From: Pseudomonadota bacterium
Lineage (GTDB): Bacteria > Myxococcota > JACRCW01 > JAFGSX01
Direction: 5' to 3'
DNA: 59,550 nt
NCBI GenBank assembly: GCA_043821645.1
Contig: JBDRCO010000026.1
Coordinates: 1 to 59,550 of the forward strand
The notes beneath the pieces are model-generated. The model had not been told where the DNA came from. It made no database searches and saw nothing but the letters and a program-made list of their open reading frames with translations. Position 1 is the stretch's first letter, and the number at the start of each line of letters is the position of its first letter. Below are positions 28,831-37,055 of the stretch, piece by piece. Both the position numbers and the translations under genes were made by a program.

Positions 28831-29043
28831 ATGGACAAAGAACTCCTGGTCAGCGATGACCCTGACAAGATCCGCGCGGCGATCGATCAGCTCAAGACCG
28901 AGCACGCCGAGTTGAAGCGTCGCGTGGATCACCTGCACGACCGCCCCTACCTGAGCCCGGACGAACAGCTCGAAGCCAAGACCCTGCAACGCATGAAGCT
29001 TCTCAAAAAAGACGCCATCGCGGTGCTGGAAGCCAAGCTGTAG
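28831..29043 (+). CDS. DUF465/YdcH family small protein
   Basis: LKTEHAELKRRV..YLSPDEQLE..LQRMKLLKKDAI. Confidence 0.85.
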   Translation: MDKELLVSDDPDKIRAAIDQLKTEHAELKRRVDHLHDRPYLSPDEQLEAKTLQRMKLLKKDAIAVLEAKL

Positions 29044-29151
29044 GCAGCCTGCCCGGTTTGAAGCCCTGCCCGCCACATGTTACATGCTTGGAGTCGGGTT
29101 CGCGGCTCCCTGCTGCGCATTCGATCCTGTGTGTGTCGTCCGGAGGAAGAC

Positions 29152-32100
29152 ATGGCTTTCATGCGCGCTGTGCTGGGACTGGGGGTGCTGGCCCTGTGCG
29201 CGTGCCCCTCGCCCGACATCACCGATCTGTTGCCCGATGCCACGCCCTCGCTGACCGATGCCGGGCTGGCGGACAACGCCCTGCGCTTCGACGCCTCGGC
29301 GGGCGAACTGGGGCCGCTGGATGCCGGCGGTGAGATCTTCCTGGAGGACATTTCCCCGCGCTCGGGCGTGATCACGGGTGGCTACCGCATTCGCCTCACC
29401 GGTGACGGCTTCACCACGGGCCTGCGCGTGCTGTTTGGGGACCGACCTGCCGACAACCTGTTGCTGCAGAACTCGCGCTCGGTCACGGTGCGGGTGCCGG
29501 CGGCAGCGGTGGCAGGACCGGTCGATGTCACCGTCGACAACGGCGCGCACAGCGCCACACTCGAGGCCGGCTTCGTGTACTTCGACGGTCTGGTCATCGA
29601 CCAGCTGCAGCCAGACGTGGTGCCCAGCACCGGCGGCAGCCTCGTCACCGTCGACGGCGCCGGCTTCGTGGGCGAGCTGCTGGTGCTGGTGGGCGGCCGC
29701 GCCGCTGCCGGGGTCGAGATCCTGAGCGAGCACCAGCTGCGCCTGATCACGCCGCCGGGACCTGCAGGCCGCGTCCACGTCGAGATCCTGAGCACCTACG
29801 GTCGCGTCGAGGCGCCCCTGGCGCTGCGCTACATGGCGCCGCTGCAGCTTCATCACGCCGAGCCCGCAGTCGGCCCGCTGTCCGGTGGCACGGTGGTGAC
29901 CCTGCACGGTGACGGCTTCACCGAGTTCACCACCCTGCGCGTGGGCAATCTGCCCGTCGCTGCGCTGCTGCTCATCGACGGAGGGCGCCTGCGCTTCACC
30001 ACCCCCGCCGTCACTCTGGGTGGCGCCGTGGATCTGGTGGTGCAGGACAGCCTGAGCAGCGCCACCCTGCACGGCGGTTTTGCCTACCAGCCCGCCGCCT
30101 CGAGCAGCCTGCGCCTGGATGCCGTGGTGCCGTCCCGCGGTGACACGGCGGGCGGTCAAGTGCTGCACCTGTACGGCGCCGGCTTCGATCTGGCCACACC
30201 CGACGTCACCTTCGACGGCCTCGCCGCCGAGCTGGTGGCCGTGGACAGCGCGACCGCGCTGCGCGTGCGTTCTCCCGCGCATGCCGAGGGCGCGGTGGAT
30301 GTGCGCATCAGCGCGGCCAGCCAGAGTTCGACCCTGCCCCAGGGCTTTCGCTACCAGGGCGCGCTCGGCCTGAGCCAGGTGGCACCGGGCAGCGGCCCGG
30401 CCAGCGGCAGCACCGCCATCACCGTGAGCGGCCACGGCTTCACCGTCGACACCACCCTGCGCATCGGCGGTCAGGCGGCGCTCGACCTGGTGTTCGTCGA
30501 CGACAGCACGCTGACGGCGAACACGCCGCCGGGGAGCGCCGGCGCGGCCGAGGTTCTGCTCGAGGATCCCCAGCGCGGCCTCGCGCGGCTGAGCGACGGC
30601 TTCGTCTACCAGGCGGAGCTGGGTCTGGTGGCGGTGCGCCCGGTGCGCGGCGGCATGGCCGGAGACACCTTCGTGCACCTCTATGGCCGCGGCTTCGCGA
30701 CGGGCAGCGCGCCGAATGTGTTGTTTGGCCAGACGGTCGCCAGCGACGTGCAGGTGCTGGCCGACAACCTGCTCAGCGCTCGCACGCCGGCCCATGCACC
30801 AGGGGTCGTCGACGTCAGCGTCGGCCGTGGCGAGGAGCTGGCCACGGTGCCGCGGGCCTTCACCTTTTACGATCCGGGCTCGCTGGTCGGTGGCACCCGC
30901 GGCGGCGAGATCGACGGTGCGATCTATGTCAGCTGCTTCCACGCCATGACCGGCCTGCCCCTCGAGGGCATCACGGTCAAGCTGGGCACCGGCCAGGGGT
31001 CCCCCTACATCGCGCTCACCGACGTTTATGGCCAGGCCACCCTCAGCGGGCCCGATCTGCACGGCCCGCAGACCATCTCGGCCGCGGCCGCGGGCTACGA
31101 GTCCATCACCCTGGTCGAGGTCAACGCCGCCGAGATCTCGCTGTTCCTGTACCCCACCACCATGACGCCCTCGTCGGGCCAGCCGCCACCGCTGCCGCCG
31201 CCACCGGTGATCAGCGGTCGCGTGTATGGATTCGCCAAGGAGCTGTTCGACCCGGCCGCCCTGGGTCCGGGCGAGAGCGCGCTGGCCATCGTCGAGACCA
31301 CCATTCGCTCGATCTTCAGCCAGCCCTCGTCGCCGCAGCAGAGCCAGTACGTGGTCTCCAATGGCGGCACCTACACCATCCCGGCGGCGCGCCCCGGACG
31401 CCTGGCCGTGGTGGCAGTGGCCGGCATCTACAACGTCACCACCCAGAGCTTCCGGCCGCGCCAGGTGGGTTTCGCGCGCGGCGTGCAGGCGGGCTATGGC
31501 GACGTGCTCGAGAACATCGACGTCGAGCTGACCGTGCCCCTCAACAGCGAGCTCGAGGTGACGCTACCCGCCATGCCCTACGGCGACCCGGACCCCGAGA
31601 GCGGCCTGGTCATGCCCTTCATCAACCTCGGCGGCGAGGGCGTCTACCCCCTGCCCGAGCAGCAGGTGGGGCAGCAGACCCAGGTCACCTTCATCGATTT
31701 CCCGGATCTCCCCGGCGAGATGCTGACCTTCCTCGCCGGCGCCTTCGTGCTCGACGCCTACCGCCCCTGCCAGGCCGCGGGCAGCTGTCCAATATCGGTG
31801 GTGGTGCGCGACGGCGTGGGCGACCTGTCCGCAGGCATCACCCTGGATCCCATCCTGGGCTTCCCCGAGATGATCGAGCCCCAGCCCAACGGCGTGATGA
31901 CGGGCAACCGCATGCGCTGGAAGCCCGCACCCGGCACCCTGCCCTCGTACTACGAGGTCTACATCGCCGGCCTCGACGGCACGGCCTGGGACTTTTACGT
32001 GCCTGGAAATCTGAGCAAGCTGGTGGTGCCGACCTTCCCACCTCTCGACGTCGACAACCCGCCCGGGAACACCGGCCTCGGCGCCTACCAGGCGTGGATG

Positions 32101-32220
32101 ATCGCGGTGTACGTGCCCAACTTCCGCTTCGACAACTTCAGCTACCTGGACCTGTCCGGCACCGCCAGACGCGCCTGGACCCAGGCCACCTTCAAGTTCG
32201 TCAATGCCAACACGCCCTGA
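29152..32220 (+). CDS. Multi-IPT/TIG-domain lipoprotein
   Basis: GGAGG RBS; lipobox-like LCAC; six P..G...GG...(T/H)..G.GF..FG...TP..G.VDV repeats; beta-rich C-terminal half. Confidence 0.88.
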   Translation: MAFMRAVLGLGVLALCACPSPDITDLLPDATPSLTDAGLADNALRFDASAGELGPLDAGGEIFLEDISPRSGVITGGYRIRLTGDGFTTGLRVLFGDRPADNLLLQNSRSVTVRVPAAAVAGPVDVTVDNGAHSATLEAGFVYFDGLVIDQLQPDVVPSTGGSLVTVDGAGFVGELLVLVGGRAAAGVEILSEHQLRLITPPGPAGRVHVEILSTYGRVEAPLALRYMAPLQLHHAEPAVGPLSGGTVVTLHGDGFTEFTTLRVGNLPVAALLLIDGGRLRFTTPAVTLGGAVDLVVQDSLSSATLHGGFAYQPAASSSLRLDAVVPSRGDTAGGQVLHLYGAGFDLATPDVTFDGLAAELVAVDSATALRVRSPAHAEGAVDVRISAASQSSTLPQGFRYQGALGLSQVAPGSGPASGSTAITVSGHGFTVDTTLRIGGQAALDLVFVDDSTLTANTPPGSAGAAEVLLEDPQRGLARLSDGFVYQAELGLVAVRPVRGGMAGDTFVHLYGRGFATGSAPNVLFGQTVASDVQVLADNLLSARTPAHAPGVVDVSVGRGEELATVPRAFTFYDPGSLVGGTRGGEIDGAIYVSCFHAMTGLPLEGITVKLGTGQGSPYIALTDVYGQATLSGPDLHGPQTISAAAAGYESITLVEVNAAEISLFLYPTTMTPSSGQPPPLPPPPVISGRVYGFAKELFDPAALGPGESALAIVETTIRSIFSQPSSPQQSQYVVSNGGTYTIPAARPGRLAVVAVAGIYNVTTQSFRPRQVGFARGVQAGYGDVLENIDVELTVPLNSELEVTLPAMPYGDPDPESGLVMPFINLGGEGVYPLPEQQVGQQTQVTFIDFPDLPGEMLTFLAGAFVLDAYRPCQAAGSCPISVVVRDGVGDLSAGITLDPILGFPEMIEPQPNGVMTGNRMRWKPAPGTLPSYYEVYIAGLDGTAWDFYVPGNLSKLVVPTFPPLDVDNPPGNTGLGAYQAWMIAVYVPNFRFDNFSYLDLSGTARRAWTQATFKFVNANTP

Positions 32221-32262
32221 CCGGCGTTCGCCGCACAACCAGCACCCGAAAGACCCGCGAGC

Positions 32263-32445
32263 CCCGGCAGGCCGAGCTGTCTCCCCGACGAGGAGGAGGA
32301 AGCCCGAGCGGGGCACACCATTCCAAAACGGTTGGCGCACCAAGCGCGGGAAAAACGCGCGCACCCCTGACAACGCGTGAACGGGTTGCCCTCTCGACCG
32401 CGAGCTGGCGACCGACGAGGAGGGGAGACAGCTCGGCCTGCCGGG
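32263..32445. ncRNA. Candidate structured ncRNA or miniature inverted-repeat element (183 nt)
   Basis: Perfect 24-bp inverted repeat at 32263-32286 and 32422-32445 enclosing a bubble and a further irregular hairpin. Confidence 0.45.
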
Positions 32446-32563
32446 CGTCCACCGAAAGACCACCACCCGAAACACCCCGCCCACCGCGCAGGGTTCTTGA
32501 ACAAATCCAGCGCAGATGAAGTAACCTCAGCGCCTCGACCACGCCCCCACTGCGGAGTTCTGG

Positions 32564-33520
32564 ATGAAGCGTGTCATCGCCTACCACGGCCGCTGCCTCG
32601 ACGGCATGGCCTCGGCCGCCCTGGCCGCGAAGCTGCTCGAGCAGGTCGACGGCCCCGCGGATCAGGTCGTGTTCAAGCCCCAGGTGCACCGACAGGGCAA
32701 CCGCTTCGACGACGCCGCGCTCGACGGAGACAGCAATGCCATCGTCGACTTCAAGTACAGCGCGAGCCCGCGCCTGCACTGGTGGTTCGATCACCACAAG
32801 AGCGCCTTTGTCGACGACGCCGCGCGCGCCCACCACGCCACGCGCCCGCCCGAGCGCTTCGTGCTCGATCTCGCCGCGCCTTCCTGTGCCCATGTCCTCG
32901 ACGCGGTGGCGCGCACGCAGCACGGCCTGCAGCTCATCGCCGACGACACCCTGGCCTGGGTCGACCGCGTCGACAGCGCGCGCTTCCGTTCCGCCGCCGA
33001 GGCGGTGGAGCTGGCGCATCCCGCACTGCAGCTCATGACCTGGGTCGAGACCGCGCCCCATGACGAGGTCAGCGCTCTCATCCCGCGCTTCCTCGAGCAG
33101 CCCATCGCCGAGCTGGTGGCGCAGCAGCCAGTGCGCAGCGCCCTCGCGGCGCAGCTCGCCCAGCACCGCGCCAACATCGAGCTGTTCCGGCGCCACGCCC
33201 GGCTCCAGGGACCGGTCCTGCTGTGCGATCTGGGGTCCGTCGAGGTCGATGGCTTCAACAAGTTCATTGGCTATTATCTTTTTCCCGAAGCGGTCTATAG
33301 TGTGGTGGTGACTCAGGGATCCGAGCGCAGCAAGGTCTCGGTCGGGTCCAATCCGTGGCGCGCCGACGAGCGGCGACACGACATCGCGGCGCTGTGCGAG
33401 GCACACGGTGGCGGAGGCCACCCCGCGGTGGGGGCGGTGACCTTGCCGCCCGGTCAGGTCGCGCGCGCGCGCGATATCGCGCAGCAGATCGTGCAACAGC
33501 TGGCAGGACACCCTTCATGA
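32564..33520 (+). CDS. DHH/DHHA1 family phosphoesterase
   Basis: YHGRCLDG; VDF; WFDHHKS; C-terminal GGGGHPAVG. Confidence 0.85.
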   Translation: MKRVIAYHGRCLDGMASAALAAKLLEQVDGPADQVVFKPQVHRQGNRFDDAALDGDSNAIVDFKYSASPRLHWWFDHHKSAFVDDAARAHHATRPPERFVLDLAAPSCAHVLDAVARTQHGLQLIADDTLAWVDRVDSARFRSAAEAVELAHPALQLMTWVETAPHDEVSALIPRFLEQPIAELVAQQPVRSALAAQLAQHRANIELFRRHARLQGPVLLCDLGSVEVDGFNKFIGYYLFPEAVYSVVVTQGSERSKVSVGSNPWRADERRHDIAALCEAHGGGGHPAVGAVTLPPGQVARARDIAQQIVQQLAGHPS

Positions 33521-34128
33521 ACGCCAAGAAGACCCCGACCCTCGACGATGGCCCCGAGCTGGTCGCCGCCTTCCTCGAGCGGCCCATCCGCAACGACTTG
33601 CGCAAGCTGTCCCGCTTTGGCTCCATCGACCGGCCACGCTTCAAGGTGCGCGAGGGCGTGTCCAGCCCCGACGAGATCGCCCAGGCCTGGTGCGACGGCT
33701 TCAACGGCCGCGCGGTGAGCGACGCCTTCTTTCGTCTGCTCGAGAGCGACCCGGGGTCGTGGCCGCAGCGCAAGGAGCCCAAGGCCCCCGCGGCGCGCAA
33801 GCTCGAGCTGTTCGAGGAGCTGCCCGAGATCTCCCAGGCCATCCGCGCGGCCTGCGATTCCGGCGAAGCCATTCACCACATCCGCTCCTACGTCACGGCC
33901 ATGAAGAAGCTGTGGACGGACCTCAACCGAGCGCGGCCCATGGGGTGGACCGCCGACAGCGTGGTGGCCGTGTTGCGGCGTCGCCACGTCATCGGCGTGG
34001 GCTCGGTGCAGTATCCCCTGGCTGGCGTGCGCTATCTGTGGCTGGGCCAGAAGCGCGGCAAGTTCGCCAAGGGTGAACTCGAGCGCTTCATGGAATTGAT
34101 CCGCTTCGGCGCGAGCTTGAATCGCTAG
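33517..34128 (+). CDS. Hypothetical protein
   Basis: ATGA overlap with the DHH gene; strong GC3 codon bias; no recognised motif. Confidence 0.7.
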   Translation: MNAKKTPTLDDGPELVAAFLERPIRNDLRKLSRFGSIDRPRFKVREGVSSPDEIAQAWCDGFNGRAVSDAFFRLLESDPGSWPQRKEPKAPAARKLELFEELPEISQAIRAACDSGEAIHHIRSYVTAMKKLWTDLNRARPMGWTADSVVAVLRRRHVIGVGSVQYPLAGVRYLWLGQKRGKFAKGELERFMELIRFGASLNR

Positions 34129-34132
34129 AGCG

Positions 34133-34915
34133 TCAGTCCTGCTTGCTCGGATCGCGCAGCGGGTCGGCAGCCTCGACGGCCTGCTCGGAGGCCGCCTGCG
34201 GTGACTTGCTGAAGGCGCGCGACAGCTGACCCATCTTGGCAGCGGATTCGGCCTCGCTCTTCTCCTGAGCCTGCAAGGTCTGACCGGCTGCCGTGGCGCT
34301 CGTCGTCACTGCACCCTGCAGGGCGGTGATGGCATGCGAGGCGTGGCTGCCCAGGGCCTGCAGGGCCTGCGCCTGGGCGCTCACCGTGGCCGCGGTGGTG
34401 ACAGCGCCACCCACCAGGGACATGACGTCGGTGACGGTGTTGCTGTTGCTGGCAGCCTGCGCAGCCTGCTCCGCCTCCTTGTCGCCGGCGGTGCTGGTGG
34501 CCTGCGACGACCTGGCACCCGGCGGGGGCGCCACGTAGGTCTGGGTGGCCTCGAGCCCGGCACGCGTGCTGGCCGCGGCATCCACGATCTGCGCCTGCGG
34601 GCTGTGCTGGGAGCGCAGCACGGCCTGGGTCTGCAGCGCATTGCTGAAGGCCTCGGGGTTCTTGACCCCGTGCAGGAAGTCGCGGCCCTCGATACCGCGC
34701 GTCATCTGCGCGAAGGCCACGTCGTAGCCCTTCTCCTGCGCCTGGTAGGGATCCTGCGCCTTCTCGGGCTCGACGTGCTCCTGGTAGGGGAGCGTGGTAT
34801 CGAGCGCCTTCTGGACGCGAAAGTAGGGATTGGCCCGGTCCAGGGAGTAGTCCGGGTCGTGCCACAGGTGGCTGGTGCCGTACAGCGCTCCACCCCCAAC
34901 GCGTCCGACCTGCAT
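34133..34915 (-). CDS. Hypothetical Ala/Gln/Ser-rich protein
   Basis: AAGGAG RBS; coding-like codon bias; convergent with the neighbouring gene. Confidence 0.7.
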   Translation of the reverse strand: MQVGRVGGGALYGTSHLWHDPDYSLDRANPYFRVQKALDTTLPYQEHVEPEKAQDPYQAQEKGYDVAFAQMTRGIEGRDFLHGVKNPEAFSNALQTQAVLRSQHSPQAQIVDAAASTRAGLEATQTYVAPPPGARSSQATSTAGDKEAEQAAQAASNSNTVTDVMSLVGGAVTTAATVSAQAQALQALGSHASHAITALQGAVTTSATAAGQTLQAQEKSEAESAAKMGQLSRAFSKSPQAASEQAVEAADPLRDPSKQD

Positions 34916-35016
34916 GGCACCACTCCTTGGCGGCTTGGGCAGCCGAGATCAACATGATACAAGCTCACCTCTCATTATCGGCTACAAATGCCAAATGACC
35001 ACCCGGCAGGCGACCG

Positions 35017-35820
35017 ATGCGACAACATGAGCCAGCGATAGGTGTTTTTGACTCGGGAGTGGGTGGGCTCACGGTGCTGCGCGCGGTGGTCGACCTGCTG
35101 CCTGGCGAGCACACCGTGTACCTCGGCGATACCGCGCGCTTGCCCTACGGCAGCAAGAGCGCCGCCGTGGTCACCCGCTACGCGCTCAACGTCGTTGAAT
35201 TGTTGACCCGCAGCCCTCTCAAAGCCCTGGTGGTGGCCTGCAACACGGCCTCCGCGGTGGCCCTGCCCGCCCTGCACGAGCGCTTTGGCCTGCCCACCCT
35301 GGGTGTGATCGCGCCCGGTGCCCGCGCGGCCCTGGACGGCTCGCACCCCGCGCAGCGCGTCGCGGTGCTGGCCACCGAGGGCACGATTCGCTCCGGCGCC
35401 TACGATCGCGCCCTGCACGAGATCCGGGCGGAGGTCGAGGTGCGGGATCAAGCCTGCCCGCTGTTCGTGCCCCTGGCCGAGGAGGGCCTGTGCGAGGGTC
35501 CCATCGTCGAGCTGGTGTGCCAGCGCTACCTGGACAGCCTGCGCGGCCAGGTCGACACCGCCATCCTCGGGTGCACCCACTATCCCTTGCTCAAGCAGAC
35601 CATCGCGCACAGCCTCGGCCCCGAGGTGCGGGTGGTCGACAGCGCCCATGCCACCGCGCTCGAACTGCGCACGCTGCTCGACGATCGCGGGCTGCGCCGC
35701 GAGGGCGGCGATGGCACCACGCACCGCTTCCTGTTCACCGATCAGAACCCGCGCACCGACGAGATGTGCGCGCGCTTCTTTGGCCAGAAAGTCGACGCGA
35801 TCGAGGTGGTGGACCTGTGA
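35017..35820 (+). CDS. murI: Glutamate racemase
   Basis: IGVFDSGVGGLTV; GDTARLPYG; VVACNTAS; ILGCTHYP. Confidence 0.97.
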   Translation: MRQHEPAIGVFDSGVGGLTVLRAVVDLLPGEHTVYLGDTARLPYGSKSAAVVTRYALNVVELLTRSPLKALVVACNTASAVALPALHERFGLPTLGVIAPGARAALDGSHPAQRVAVLATEGTIRSGAYDRALHEIRAEVEVRDQACPLFVPLAEEGLCEGPIVELVCQRYLDSLRGQVDTAILGCTHYPLLKQTIAHSLGPEVRVVDSAHATALELRTLLDDRGLRREGGDGTTHRFLFTDQNPRTDEMCARFFGQKVDAIEVVDL

Positions 35821-36821
35821 GAGCAGTCGCCTGGGCGCTGATATTGATGAGCCTCGCCGCCTGCTCCCTGAGCGAGGTGCAGCAGAAGCTCGACGCGCCC
35901 TACCGCCAGGCGCCCTTCATCCCGGATGGCCTGGCGCGGGTGGTGGTGGACGATCAGCGCGTGCGCTGGCAGGTGTCCGAGCGCCGCGTCTACGCCGGTG
36001 TAGGCGACTCGGTGGACCTGTGGCTGCAGCGCGCCGAGCCCGACGCGCCCTTTGGCGAGGCCGTGTTCACGGGCCTGGTGCCCTCGTGCTTCGGCCGCGC
36101 CTTGTGGATCACCAACCAGAAGACGGGGGCGCAGGAAGGCGCCTGCTACCTGCGGCGCTTCACCGTGCAGGGCGGCGAGGCCCTGTTCCAGCTGCGCCTG
36201 GGCGGCGACTGGGTGACCGCGCTGGCCGTGCCGCTGGCCGAGATCTACGGCGATGACGACGGTGACGGCCTGAGCAATGCCCTCGAGCGCACCCTGGGCA
36301 CGCGCCTGGATACCCCGGACAGCGACGGCGACGGACGTCCCGATGACCAGGATGGCAACCCCCTGGTGGTCGACACGGCCCCCCTGGACCAGAGCAATGA
36401 CGTCGAGGGCGCGCTGGTGCTGGCGGCACTGTCAACCAGCAAGGCCTGCGTGCCGGACAAGCCCCTGTTCGTGGTCGGTCCCGACAGGTTGCGGCGCTCT
36501 TTTCCGGGCCTGCCCTGCCGCATCCTGTGGCGCGCGCCCACCGAGCTGAGCACCGCCGCGCGCACCGCGGCCAGCGGTGTCAGCGACACCGAGCGCAACA
36601 ACAGTGGCAGCGGCAAGCTCGCCATCGATCTGGCCGCGCGCGAGGGCGGAATTGGCCGCGTGCTCGTCGACACCGACCTGAGCACGCGCGAGCAGCCCGT
36701 GGTGGTGCTCGGCCACCTGCTGGGCGAGGAGCGCGTGGTGTTCAGCCACGGCGATGACGGCTGGGTGCCCCTCAAGCACCTGTTCAGCGTGCGCGGAACG
36801 ACCCCGGCCACGACCGACTGA
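35817..36821 (+). CDS. Lipoprotein with DxDGDG Ca-binding repeat
   Basis: GTGA overlap with murI; lipobox LAAC; DDDGDGLSNALE..DSDGDG. Confidence 0.75.
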   Translation: MRAVAWALILMSLAACSLSEVQQKLDAPYRQAPFIPDGLARVVVDDQRVRWQVSERRVYAGVGDSVDLWLQRAEPDAPFGEAVFTGLVPSCFGRALWITNQKTGAQEGACYLRRFTVQGGEALFQLRLGGDWVTALAVPLAEIYGDDDGDGLSNALERTLGTRLDTPDSDGDGRPDDQDGNPLVVDTAPLDQSNDVEGALVLAALSTSKACVPDKPLFVVGPDRLRRSFPGLPCRILWRAPTELSTAARTAASGVSDTERNNSGSGKLAIDLAAREGGIGRVLVDTDLSTREQPVVVLGHLLGEERVVFSHGDDGWVPLKHLFSVRGTTPATTD

Positions 36822-37055
36822 GGCCTGCACCCGGCCGCACCGTGCAGCCTGGCCACGGCTCCTGGATCTGGGCAGCCGGATCAAATGAACCACCCGTGGC
36901 CCAGGAGATCCAGCCATACGCCCCCTCAGTGCACAAAAAGTGCAGCAATGGCGGGTATATGAGGTGCTCCCATGTAGGTATGGACCTTGCTGCACGAAAG
37001 CGCCAGATTCACCCCTTCCGCGAGCCCCTCCATCGCCGCGGATCACGAGGCCATC

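Noticed and set aside
32263-34128. Retron (inverted-repeat-bounded ncRNA plus effector)
   Set aside because: No reverse transcriptase ORF (YADD-type motifs) was recognised in the window, so it is kept only as an unclassified element.
36930-36944. NtrC box / sigma54 promoter
   Set aside because: The spacer is N5 rather than N7, and I found no correctly spaced -24/-12 GG-N10-GC.
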